Source: Lophium mytilinum (lineage: Eukaryota). From it: 64,000 nucleotides of DNA. Each line of letters opens with the position of its first letter. Positions within the stretch are counted from its first letter, which is position 1. This document shows, piece by piece, positions 12,190 through 24,027 of this stretch. The stretch lies in the NCBI GenBank assembly GCA_010093605.1, contig MU004183.1, positions 2,232,001 to 2,296,000 on the forward strand, read 5' to 3'. Below the pieces are notes generated by a model. It was given only the letters and a program-made list of their open reading frames with translations. It searched no databases and was not told the origin of the DNA. The translations under genes and the position numbers were made by a program.

Positions 12190-13577
12190 ATGAGGTTCTC
12201 TTTCGCTTCCACTTTGGTGGTTGCACTCGCCGCTGAAGGCGCCGTCGCGTCTACCTGGTTTGGCAAGACTGGTACGTGAATACATGTGTGCCAGCATCGT
12301 GGCAAATCGATGTAGTCTACTATGAGCTTTGGCTAACAGTTATAGTCTACAACAAATGGCACGAGACTGAGCTAGAGCGATGGCTATCGGACAACAACGT
12401 CCCATACCCTACTCCTGCGGACCGTAAAGACCTGGAAAACCTCGTCAAATCCAACTGGAATGACAAGGTCGTGACACCCTACAACAGCTGGGACACCAAG
12501 CAGCTGCAGAACTATCTCACTACCAAGGGTTACCAGGCCAAGAAAGGCACCGAGAAGAACAAGGATGGATTGGTTGCTCAAGTGAAGAGCTATTGGTCTG
12601 ACACGGAGGAGTCTGTGAACAGCGCATACTCCAATGTTCGTGACTGGATCTTCGATAGGTACGGTTCAACCAAATTATTCTGTATGGACAATAGACTGAC
12701 ACTCTCTAGCTGGACCGACTCGCAACTGAAGTCCTATGCCGACAAGAATGGCATTCCAGTCCCCCAACCCCGGACGCGTGATTCTCTCCTCAAGACTGTC
12801 CGCGAGAACTACCAATCCGCAGCCAACAAGGTCGGCGAGACTGCTGCCTACCCTGGCAACTGGCTCTACGAGTCTTGGACCGAGTCCGAACTCAAGTCTT
12901 TCCTCGACGAGCGTGGCATCCCTGCTCCTCAACCAAGCACCCGTGACAAGCTGGTTGCCTCCGTTCGCCGTAACTCTTACCTCGCCTCCAAGGACGCGTC
13001 TGCGAAAGCCAGCGTCGCTTCCGCTTCCATCGCCTCTGCCAAAGCCAGCCTAAGTGACCTTGTCTTCGACGCCTGGTCAGATTCGCAAATCAAGGATTGG
13101 GCCGACAAGAACGGCATCAAGGTTCCACAAGGTAGCAAGCGTAACGAGCTCGTTGCTCTTGCCCGCAAGCACCGTGCCGCGTTCCTCGGTGACAACGTTG
13201 CATCCTCCGCTAGCTCCGCCTACGGTGCTGCTACTTCCCAGGCCGGCAACTATGGCGCTCAAGCCACCGACGGCGCCGTCAGCTACTTCGACTGGATCCG
13301 GGCTCAGCTCGGTCTCCTCGGCGCTGATGCTTCGGCTTCGTACGTCAGCGCTACCAACGCTGCCTCAAGTGCTGCTTCCAGTGCATCCGTTTCCGGGAGC
13401 AAGAGTGGGTACAGTGCCTCGAGCGTGGCTAGCAAGAGTGGTAAGAGCGGTGTCTCTTCCGCCTCCAAAGGTGCGAAGAAGGCCAGCGATGCTGCGACCG
13501 AGAGCGCCACCCAGGGCAAGAACCGCGTTGGTGAGGCTGCTCAGAAGGCGACCGACTACATCAAGGAGGAGTTGTAA
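12190..13577 (+). CDS. Ish1/Msc1-like stress-response nuclear envelope protein
   Basis: N-terminal signal sequence and repeated Ish1 motifs (WHETELERWLSDNNV, WTDSQLKSYADKNGI, WTESELKSFLDERGI, WSDSQIKDWADKNGI). C-terminus KEEL. Introns about 12272-12346 and 12659-12709. Confidence 0.9.
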
Positions 13578-15080
13578 AGGTGTGCGTAAAGCAACTCGAA
13601 CACATCGTATGATGGACTTCTCAAACATCTCCTTAGGGTGCTATTGCGCCCTGAGGTGATTAAATCACGATTCATGACGACGGCGTCGGCAATGAAAAGA
13701 AATCAAAACGGGTATGGAGTGAGAGGAAATGGGAGCGTGTGTACTACTAGGTTTCAAATCGGAACTATTGCCCTTATGCTCTGGCCTCTTGCTTTTGGTG
13801 GTGGACAGGAAGGATGATGGGTAGATAGTTTTTCGTAGTTAGTGCAATCAAAACTGGTTGCTATGAATCTTGGCCGTGCGTCTAGAATGCAGTGATCTCG
13901 AATTTTATGCTACATGTCTATGTCGCCGGAAGCTGTCAAGGCGGTCTAATTTGCGCGTAGGAATACGGGATGCTGCATCTCGAGTTTCATTGAGGTGCCG
14001 AAATACTGTAGACTGTGGCAGAAACAAGCTTGTGGCACGCATTGGAACATTTCCTAATTCGCAATCGGGGACGTTTTGTGCTATGTTTAGGTTTCCAACA
14101 GATTGCTGGAGCATCACAGAGAGGGTACGCCTTGTAGTTCAAACCCTTTTCGAACCCGGCCTGGATCGTGAGGTTTAGGCTTCTACATCGTGACCAGAGT
14201 GATAGCGAAGCGCGGGGCTATCTCAAACAGCAACATGGCGTGGAGGTCTCTGATCATACATTGAGGTATCCCGAGCAAAGGCAAGCAAGAATGACGGGAT
14301 GCGAAAAGCAGTGCAAGTGGTAGGTAACAGGATTATGTATCGAGACTCAGGTGGAAGATGGAGTTTTCGCGAGAGTGGCCAATGAGACACTAGGCTAGCT
14401 AACACTGATCTTCTTCTCGCAACTTCATCTCGTCCCACTCCATCCCATTTACAACTTTTTTGTCCGCTGCAATCAAGTCCTAGTGCCCCATCTTGAACCA
14501 ATTTCTTCAGTTGATTTTGCCACTATTGAGGTGGTAATCCAAAACCTAAATCTCCGGCCCTAGACTCTAACTCCTAGATTGGCATTGCGACAGATGCGCC
14601 TGAAGACCTCTAGCAGCCTACAACCTTTCGAAGTTCGTTTGCCAGGTCACGATCCCTCGATTCTTACATCCGTATTATTGTCACTGTATAAGCAGGTTTC
14701 TTCCCAGCTACCTCCGTCTCCGTTAGCCTGTTATAGATCATCCTCATGTGCTAAAATGAGCAGCCACCTATTCTACAGGACATCATGATGTTTACATCGT
14801 AGATCTCGTCGATACTTATGGATCTGAAGAACTCTTCACAAACTAGTAGCATCTAGATCCTTGCACCCTAATCTAAAGCTCTCAAAGGTTAATCCAGATA
14901 GGGCATTACCGGTAGAGACATCCTGGAATCCGAAACTAACCTTCGAAATCCTGTTACCGTCCGAAATGTTCCACGCCAACCGCACATTCCATTGACAACA
15001 ATTCCCTCGATGATGCCAACTTGGCAGCAGTTGGCTTCTACGCCTCGGAAGTTGAGGCGAGTAAGCTTCGCGTCACATGT

Positions 15081-16939
15081 CTAGGTCGACGTCGTCCCGT
15101 CTGGTTCCTCATGCGTCTTGAAGGCCTCGAATCTCAGAAACCGAAGCGCGATCTGCTTCGCCAAATCGACTCTATCCTGGCTATTCTTCATGTTGTATTC
15201 AGGGCCCCGGTATACCCTCAACGGCTCCCTCGGACGAGGATGCTCGTGGTCCTCTAACCATACCATGAACTCCTCAGAGATATCGCTATGAATGAAATGT
15301 ACTTTCGTATAGTTCCAAACTAGAAGGTACGATTTGTATGGCAAGATCTCGCCGGCGTCATCCCTCTGTGAGGGTCCTTTTTGGGAGATCTCGCGCGTTT
15401 GTGTGGCCATCGTCAGCAGATGACTGACCTGTTGGCCAAGAACGTTGTCTTCGGTCATCCCGGGGTTAAGTCCCTTGTTCTCTGTCACAAGAAGCTTTTT
15501 GGCTCCTCGCCTGCGTATACAAACATCAGAGAAAGATTTTAGCTTGACTTTATTCCAGTAGAGTATCGATGTGCCTGAATAATGATGACTAGCAAACTGT
15601 AAGTCTCTCCACCCTTCCACTTGGGCATCATTCGTGAATACTCACCCTGTTTTGAATTTCATTTTGTGATTAGTCCCTTTCTGCAATATAGTTGCAATCC
15701 TGTCAAGGAATCCTTTTACCGCGCCGTCCACCTCGGACTCGTACCGGCCACGCTTGCTCTCTCTATCTGACTTTGTCAGTTCGTCTTCTGGCGGTTTGTA
15801 GTCCTCGTCGCTCGAGTCGTCTTGGTCCTCGGTACTCGAGTCTCCAGCGCCCATTCTGTCGCTATCCGGGTACTCATCGCCTGGAACATCGGAATCTACG
15901 TCCTCAACATCTCGACCCTCAGTATCTAGGTCTTCAACTTCAGTCTCTAGTTCCTCAGCATCCGAGACCTCCAATTCGTCATCTTTATCCTGGTCCTTGG
16001 TACCGTATTCTGCAGACTGCGTTTCAAAGTAGGCAGAGTCAAACCGGTCTTGAATATCATACTTGGAAATCTCCGTGTGACTCTCCTCTCGGTACAGGGG
16101 AAGGTCCAAATCCTCGTCGGGCTGACTCCGATTTCCTGCCCACCTGTTTGATACAAAGTTGTGCTTCTGATCGGCTCTCAAAATTTCAGCAACGGTTTCA
16201 GCCCTTCGTTTCGATGGATGATGCTCAGATGATGAGCTCGAACCCGAGCTAACCTGGTTTCGGTGTCGTTTTCGGTCCTCTTGAGGATATTCATTCACAC
16301 CGTCTTGTTTTTTGGACTCTTCTGGTCCTTGGTTCAGAATTGGTTCAGAATCAGCCACGGAATAGGAGGAGATGATGGGAACTCTTTTTCTGACGGTGGG
16401 GATCCGCTTCCAAGCTGCTCTTCTGAGCTCTTCGACCAACTTTCGTATCCCGTGTTATCAGTAGTGCATGACGGCAATATATCTGGTGAGCTCCCTGCTT
16501 GTGTAAACGTAGGGACTTGGCCTGCAGAGTCCGTCGATTCTTGGCTGGCCTCTTCATGGTTGGTTTCCCTCCAGTCGTAGTCTCTCCGACCGCCTTCGCC
16601 GTCATGAACTGGACTACTGGAATCCTGATCATGGAATGCTATCAGAGATGTGTAGAAGCTTAGGAGCTTTACTTCATCGTCCATCCATCCCACTGCGTTC
16701 TGAACCTCTTTCCATGACAGTCCGAAGTCCTTATCGATCTCGGCAAATATCCTCCTTTCCACATTAGAGATATCATCAGGCAGTTCCCACCGATTCGTGC
16801 TCAAATCATGTTGTTCAATGAACAGCCATTTCAGATGTTCTGTACTCCAATGGCTTCCAGAATTCCCGGTAGATTGCTCCACTGGATTAAATATCCCTGG
16901 CCCATATGTTTCAGTCTTTTTCGATTTACGTTTTGCCAT
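15081..16939 (-). pseudogene. Frameshifted gene for a putative PD-(D/E)XK nuclease-fold protein (596 aa when repaired)
   Basis: Three ORFs join into one frame if one copy of the 11-bp duplication at 16330-16351 is removed and intron 15645-15589 (GTGAGT..CTTAC..TAG) is spliced. The C-terminal domain has SDVCI...LLVTENK...GQQVSHLL...FEAFK. Confidence 0.7.
16330..16351. repeat. Exact 11-bp tandem duplication TGGTTCAGAAT x2
   Basis: Read directly. It coincides with the frame switch between the 201-aa and 265-aa ORFs, and ILNQ appears in both frames. Confidence 0.95.
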
Positions 16940-17006
16940 GGGTGGTAGGAAAAACCTTGGGTGTCATGTAGGACGTTTCAGGGGTTTGTGTTCGTAGAGC
17001 ACTCCC

Positions 17007-18967
17007 ATGCTGATTGATATCTTCATAGCCACAAGGCAAACAAACAACTCTATACATTCACCTGACTGTTTTGCTCTCGGTTTCCGGCGGCCGAGCCTGT
17101 ACCTGAGGAAAGTAACGGGAAATGATAAGAGGAAACCTCACATTAGAACCTGTAGGTGGCTGTCCGAGTCATCCGAGGCCAGTCCCAAATCTGGAAGGCA
17201 ATTATATCCTACTTCCCTCGGCAGAGATTACAGCGAGGGCAACCTTTTGGACTAGCGCGAACGAGCTAGCCAGCAAGCGACCATTCATCAATCCAACCGC
17301 TGTTTACACTCCAGCAACCACCCCCGTCACTTTACAACACAGCAGCAACTGCTCGACTTGTCTCGGGCTCCTACTGTGGCAAGGACGCTCCTTGGAAACT
17401 TGCTTTCAAGTGGGTATAGGTCATACGACGACGCGCTTGTCCTTCATGCACTCGAGGAGTCAGATTCTTTGGAGGCCATCCGTCTTTGCTGTTCACGTCT
17501 TGGTTTGAAAGCAGCACCGGCAGGGCAACGATTTGACTATGTTGTCTTCCTAGTAAGCGTCTCACCAAGCCCACTGTGCCAGTCTACGCTAACAATAATT
17601 TAGAATGTGCCTCTCAAACGCGCGATCAGGATCGCAGGAAGGCATGTCGACGACGATCTTGAAAGCGATTGTGATGATGAGGACTGGTCTCTCGACATTT
17701 CCTCCGGCTCTCCCATAAGCGACCCGCAGCGTCCGCAAGCTGAGTGTCGGGAGGTGCTATCCCAACATGTCCGCGTTCTATTTGCGTCAGAGGCTCGTCA
17801 TTTCACAATTCGACGGCCCCAGGATCTGCGGGAGGCTCTTGGATACATATTGGATTGCAAAGAGCAGCTCGAATCTCCTCGCGGCGCGCTCTTACCTCCT
17901 CGCGAGACCGATGGTCAATTGCTAGAGCAACTGAGGACGGGGAGCCTGTATAACATCGACTTCAAGGAGTGCATGGAGGCTCTTTCAAGGGACTGCATGG
18001 CTGATGTGGTCATTGAGCTGTGCAGGCCGTTTGATTTCGCACCGGTCTACCGCTCAGACGGTTTTTTTGTCTGGTTCCAGGTATGCGCAAACACCCCCTC
18101 CGGAAGGCTTAGAGTACTCTGTCATGGATTTGCGTACGCTTTCTTGGAACTACCCTCGGACCGTAAGGTGTTTCCAAGAATTGGAATCATGTTTGACTTT
18201 CTATAAGTTCGCTGGGCCGCCTTGACCCTGAACGGATATCATTCACAGAACACCCACGGATAGTGACGAGATAGTGTGCACAGATCTATGGCGAAGGGCT
18301 GCATATACAAAGAACAGACAAGCTAATGATGACACAGCAAAAAGGCGTACGAGCCTTGAAGATATACCGTGTCGACTCCTACTTGGGATCTGTAATGCGA
18401 CCTCATCCCATCTCTAAGTCAGTCGCTGTCACAGGACTAAAGATCGGCCCTGGAGATAGCACAATCGAGGATCTCAAGCGCGGTGACTTCTCCGAGTATC
18501 ATTTAGAAGGGCTGGATCCGGCGGCCCTCTACCTTGAGCGCACGATTGACGTGGATTACCTGCCCAAGAAATGCGTCATGTTCAATCTGAGCAAAGAGGG
18601 CGCACTGCATGCGCTCATGGAAAAACTGCTCCGCCACCGCGCCGAGACTATAGAGCTACTGCGGTCCCAGCCGCCGAAGGCGAAGGCGAAGTTGAGAAAG
18701 AGGGCCGATGAGGTGCCAAAGACGGCTTCAGTACGTATGACCACATCAAGTCGCATCCGGAAACCGCGACAGAGGGCTCGAGAGCCACCTCTGATGAAGC
18801 AAGCTATTCTTAACAATGCGGTAAAACTACTCCCCTTTCCCTTCATGTATCAAGACTGACGTATGCAGGAAAAGTACCCTAGGCCCCCAGAAGAGAGTGA
18901 TTCGGCCTCTTCCTCAGATGACAAAAAGGTGAACACTTCACAGAAGTGTGGAGATGATCTAGCTTGA
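17007..18967 (+). pseudogene. Multi-exon orphan gene, probably damaged; 5' end uncertain
   Basis: In-frame introns at 17553-17603 and 18821-18868 and an acceptor at 18337. The exon 17604-18202 is followed by ATAAGT instead of GTAAGT, which creates a TAA stop. No domain recognised. Confidence 0.45.
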
Positions 18968-19183
18968 GTTGGCATGGGTCCATTTGCTTCCTATCGCGGA
19001 GAGTGCTCCGGCGTAGTATCAGTATCCAGATGAGATGGAAAATCCTCAAGGATGCAAACGAGGAGCGATTCAGAGCGTTTACTAAGTATTCCCCATGCCA
19101 AAGGAGTGTCAACAGAATAACAAGAATGTCTTGAAAAGAGCCTTCATCTACCCACTTGAGCTGCCCGTACCCCTTCCCATCTG

Positions 19184-20020
19184 CTACTTCCCCTGCCTCC
19201 TCCTCCTCACCTCCCGGTTCCACGAATCCACCAAATCCTCCGTCGCTATCCTCGCCAACCGACCCGCCACATCCCAATCATGCCTCAGCCTCTCCCACTC
19301 CTGCGCCTCCTTCTCCAACCCCCTCGCCTCCCTCTCCCACCTCCCCTTCTCCTTCTCGCACCTCTCTCTCTCCTTCCCCCACCTCAACATCTCCTGCCCC
19401 TTCCTCTGCATAACCTCCCGCGCCGCCCCCATCTCCTCCATCGCCCTCCGCCTCTCCCCCTCCGCCTTATACATCTCATGCCCCGCGCTCACCCCCGCCG
19501 CCTTCGCATTCCCCGCCACCAGCCGCGCATTATGCAGATTCCGCTCCGCCTCCCGCAGCGCCTTCGCGATCCGCTCTTCCCCCGCTGCCGTCTTGTCTTT
19601 GCAGTCCCGATATCGTGTGGTTAGTTTTTCCCCAAGGTAATCCGCGCTTTCGTAGTCGTCTTTGCAGGCTGCCACGGCGTTCGAGGCGTCGAGGCTTTCT
19701 TGGTGCGCGCGCGCGGAGGACTCCCGCCGGATTTTAGCGAGGTCTTTTGGGGGGGTGGTGGGGGGTGGGCTGAGGGAGGTGGAGCGGTGGGAGGCGCAGG
19801 GGGCCCTGCGTGTGCTGCCGAGGCAGGAGGGGCAGGGGTGGGCGCCGGCGGGGATGGAGGTGGAGGGGTCTGGGGGGGAGGTTGTGTAGGGAGGAGGGGG
19901 GTGGGTGGCGAGGTAGCCGGGGAGTGGAGTGGAGTCTGGGATTGGATTAGGGGGTGGTAGAGTTGGGGAGCTAGGCTCTGGGTCGGGGGGTGGGTCGATG
20001 TTGGCGGTGGAGTCGGGCAT
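19184..20020 (-). CDS. Hypothetical protein with Pro-rich N-terminus and coiled-coil C-terminus
   Basis: 278-aa ATG-initiated ORF with an E/R/K/A-rich helical C-terminal half. Confidence 0.6.
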   Translation of the reverse strand: MPDSTANIDPPPDPEPSSPTLPPPNPIPDSTPLPGYLATHPPPPYTTSPPDPSTSIPAGAHPCPSCLGSTRRAPCASHRSTSLSPPPTTPPKDLAKIRRESSARAHQESLDASNAVAACKDDYESADYLGEKLTTRYRDCKDKTAAGEERIAKALREAERNLHNARLVAGNAKAAGVSAGHEMYKAEGERRRAMEEMGAAREVMQRKGQEMLRWGKERERCEKEKGRWEREARGLEKEAQEWERLRHDWDVAGRLARIATEDLVDSWNREVRRRRQGK

Positions 20021-21672
20021 TGTGTCTCTGCTTCGGCGAGGGCTTGGCTTGCTTGTATGAGGTTCGAGATGTTTATATGTAGTATGAACTCCTGTAGTCG
20101 ACGATGTTCTATAGAATTGCTGTATTTGCTTGGTGAAAGTTATGGATATATTGAAATTGATGGTTCTGTTGGAATAGTCGCTTGGTGAGCGGGAGAAGGT
20201 ATCTGCTGAGAAGCACGTAGACTGCGGCGTGGCCAGCTACATAGAATTTATGAGTGAAGGAGAGTAATATAGCTAGGCTAGACGCCAGCTTACCTGGCGG
20301 ATATGGGTGAAGGTTAGGCAAAATCCGTAGATGTTCAGGATTGGCCTGAAGGGTGTGAAACTGGACAAATTCTGTTGAAGCTAACGTAGTATTCATAAGA
20401 GAACATACACAGATTGATAGCCTAGCGCTGTAAGTAAAGGAACGCACTGTTCCTTCAAGAAACCATCTGCAAAGGCTGAGTTTTAATGCCGAAAACTAGG
20501 TGTGTTTCGCCGACGTGAGCTTCGAAAGAAGAATAAAAGTTACTGAAAAATGGCGACATAGGTGTAGGTATGAAACGATACTGGATTGATATTTCTATTG
20601 GGTACAAGGCTGGCAGTTTTTGCAATATAGAATCATCCTGAGATGTTCTTTCTCCGGTTTTCTGTAGAGATTACAAGCTTACTTAGGGGCGCCTGCGGAG
20701 GGAATTAATTAGTTTGGCAGACTGTTACTTCAACTAGATCGAGAAGCTGTTAAAAGAGCAAGGAAGGAGGTGTTACTTTTTGAGAGGGAGATGGAAATGG
20801 GCTGAAGTGGACAGACCGCGCCAAGCCTCGCTAGAAAAAGTTAAAATATCGCTGGCTTGCCCTGTCACCCAGCTCCGTCCCACAACATCACCTCCAGGCA
20901 TTCGGCATATTGGGGTCCAGTTAGCTCTGAAGTGGCAGAGGGCATTAGCATGATGCAAACGCAAAGAGCCTTGCCACATTCTTATGGCTGGCTGCTGCTA
21001 CGTCACCGCAACGCTGGCTGAGGCAGAACCTCCAGATACTGTATTGTAAGTCACGAAACATTACCTTTCTTTAGACAGTCACACGCCCCTGCCTATATGA
21101 TGATTACATGTTCAACAAGTTTCAAGACGGATCATAGAGACGTTTTTCGTACTTCTGTCTCAATGAACGAGAATTTTCTTCTGATCAATGGCACCCACTC
21201 ATTCGTTCTCATCACGACTACCACTTCAAGTATTGCATACTAATTGGGGAACAAACAGATACCCAAGGATCACGCGTGCACATATTTTTAGACCATAGCT
21301 AAAGCGAATCTTGCACTTTTATAATTTCACACTCGTCTGCCGAAGCTTTTCCGCCCATTTAACGCGTCGCATGAGCAATCGCGGAAGGAATTTGACAGCT
21401 ATAGTACAAGAGACAGCTGCGAAACCAAGCGTTTTGGAGTTTTAGAGAATGAGAAAACCCAGTGATAAAATGCAACCGTATAAGCGCCCACCCGAAGACG
21501 AAAACCGCCACCTGTTGCACTTGTTGCTTACTGTCCCATCCCATCCCATTCAGTCCCGAGTCCCAGCCAGTCATATCGCAACGTTAGATTTTGAAGAAGA
21601 TGTGTACCATGGCCGCCTGATCAAATGACTGCATCAGATCATCGGCGCTACATGTGGAACGAGTGCGGGTGT

Positions 21673-22439
21673 CTAGGTCCGGTTACGGCCGCTGCGACGC
21701 GGCTCTCCGGTTTCTGTTGCCGCCTTCTTGGGGGCCCTCTTCTTGGCCGGGGCTTTCTTCTCGCCATCAGCCTTCTTGGGCCGTCCTCGACCCTTTCCCT
21801 TCTTCTCGGTCTCAGTTTCGCCGTTGGTCTTCTGCTTCTTAGCCGAGTCGTCCTCCTTAGCCCCGTTCTCCTCGACCGCAGGCTCATCCGCCTTCCGTTT
21901 GTCTCCAGTCTCAACCTCGGCCTTGGCCTCTCCGTTGGTAGCCTCTTCAGGCTTTGCCTCAGCAGAGTCGGACGCGCCGTTTGATTTCTCGGCGCCGTTC
22001 TCCTTGGCCTCTTCCTTCTTCGATGGCTCAGGCGTCTTTGACTTGCCCTTGGCCGGCTTGTCGACAGTGAGCTCATGCGCGCGTTTGACAACGTCGTTGC
22101 CCTCCCGGGCAAGGTGCACGGCCGGGTCTTCGGCAGACGCGTGCTTGGTGATGGTGTTGCCCTTGTTGGACTGGATGGAAAGGTCGCCGTGCTCCTTCAC
22201 TTCAGCGACTGTTCCGCTGGGCTTTGAGCTACCCCATTGCCAGGAAGCTGGGACAAAGAAGGTTTGTCAGCACAGTCTGTAGCAGCTCGCGCCGGGGACG
22301 CGCCTCGGGACGGTATGGGCGGTTTCGGCGACGAAAGAAGCCAAGAAAGCGCGATTGAAGCTCATGGATGAAACATAAGACATTGCGAGGGATGAGTGGG
22401 CATACCTTGATCGCCCTCTTTGATAGCAGTGTCAGCCAT
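21673..22439 (-). CDS. Hva1-type TUDOR domain (DUF2945) protein with a Lys/Glu-rich tail and an AT-hook-like motif
   Basis: Spliced MADTAIKEGDQ-ASWQWGSSKPSGTVAEVKEHG...NKGNTITKHASAEDPAVHLAREGNDVVKRAHEL. Intron 22405-22248. KGRGRPKK near the C-terminus. Confidence 0.85.
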
Positions 22440-23263
22440 TGCGCTTGGTATAAATAGCTTCCGGGGAGGCGCGTAGGAGTGGTAAAATGGATGCTGAGCG
22501 GCGCAACGAAAAATTCGGGATGAATTGGTGCGCGTAGATGATGCGACGAGGTTAGAGATGGAGTTGGGGATGCGCAGACAGAAGAAGGGGTGTCGAGGAG
22601 GAGTGCGAGGAGCGAGGTGAGGTTGGACACTGAGAGGGAAAGCTGGGGGCACTGTCGATCCCAGCGAATCACAGCGCGTGCGTGCAGGCTTTCCCCAGCC
22701 CCCCAAGCGCGTCATAACCGGCGCCGCCTCTAGCCCTGGCGTCTCTGCACGTTCCCTCTCAGCTGAAGGATGCATTCGAGGCGGAATTGATCAGGCTCGA
22801 TATGTGATGATACTCGACATGTGAAAATACTCGAGATACAGGGACATATACAGCGGTAGTCAAACGAATCTCCCTTGGCTATGTTGAGGAGATGGATGTT
22901 TCTTAGCAATTCGACGTCGATGGGAGCCCTAACACACCGAAACGAGCAAGGCTCAAATCTCCACACTGTTACGTAGTAACATTCCTCTATTGATGGAAGT
23001 CACGTCTTTGGTACGACCACATACTGGCATGATGAAAGTGTGAGCTCAAAGAACCGAACTTGACTAGCTTGATCCGATTTTCTATGTATGCCACTGCTTG
23101 GGGCACCTCAATGCAGTTTCGGAAATGGAAGCTAGTAGCTCTTCACCTCGGGCTGTGTTGGAAGCACTTCCAGCAGGTGTACATATCAGACGGAGTGCTG
23201 AATAAATATGCCACTTTTCCCATGCCCAGCGTGCAGCGGACGAATTGTGAGATGCAGAGGCTT

Positions 23264-23275
23264 TGTCACGTGACA
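23264..23275. promoter_or_regulatory. Palindromic E-box TGTCACGTGACA, a candidate bHLH site
   Basis: Perfect 12-bp palindrome about 135 bp upstream of the FKBP ATG. Further TCACGTCA (about 23294) and GCACGTGA (about 23335) sites lie nearby. Confidence 0.4.
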
Positions 23276-23409
23276 GTTTATGCAGATCACAAATCACGTC
23301 ATCCGATCGCCGGCGGCGGAAACCGCAACCCCTCGCACGTGAGGCTCGCTGCCCAACCACACCTTTGTACCACATAAGATAAGCCAACACCAAACGGACC
23401 CTCTCTTCA

Positions 23410-24027
23410 ATGCACCACCTCCGTCGTACTCTACTCTCAACTCCCACCAAATCAACCCAATCACTCTACCGCGCCTTTACTTCCACAGCCGCAAACATGG
23501 GTGTCACCAAGCAAGTTCTGCAGCCCGGCAACGGCGTCGACAAGCCAAAGGCCGGCGACAACGTCACCATGGTCTACACCGGCTGGCTTGAGGACAAGAG
23601 CGCGGCCAACGGCAAGGGCAAGCAGTTTGACTCGTCGGTTGGCCGTGGTGATGGCACTTTCCCCGTGAAGATTGGAACCGGGCAGGTTATCAAGGGTATG
23701 TTTTCTTTTTGCTCACGAACAACTAAGGATGCTAATGGACTCATACAGGATGGGACGACGGCATCCTCAGCGCTGATGGCGGTATGACTCTGGGTGAGAA
23801 GTCGACGCTGACGATCACGGGGTATGTGGCTTTTATTCTAGTTGTTATGTAAGGCGGTACTAATGATTTGGAAGCGACTTCGCATATGGCCAGCGCGGCT
23901 ACCCTGGGCTCATCCCACCGATGGCCACTCTCATCTTGTGAGTTTCTCGGTCTTCAGTGAATGGCCTAATGTACTAATTGCCTCCAGTGATGTGGAGCTC
24001 AAGGGCATCAACGGCAAGAAGGCTTAA
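23410..24027 (+). CDS. FPR1: FKBP12-type peptidyl-prolyl cis-trans isomerase
   Basis: [73 protein letters not shown], assembled over three introns. Two in-frame ATGs (23410, 23497). Confidence 0.95.

Noticed and set aside
20109..21300. AT-richer stretch with short ORFs, possible transposon remnant
   Set aside because: No terminal repeats, target-site duplication or transposase/RT motifs were visible.
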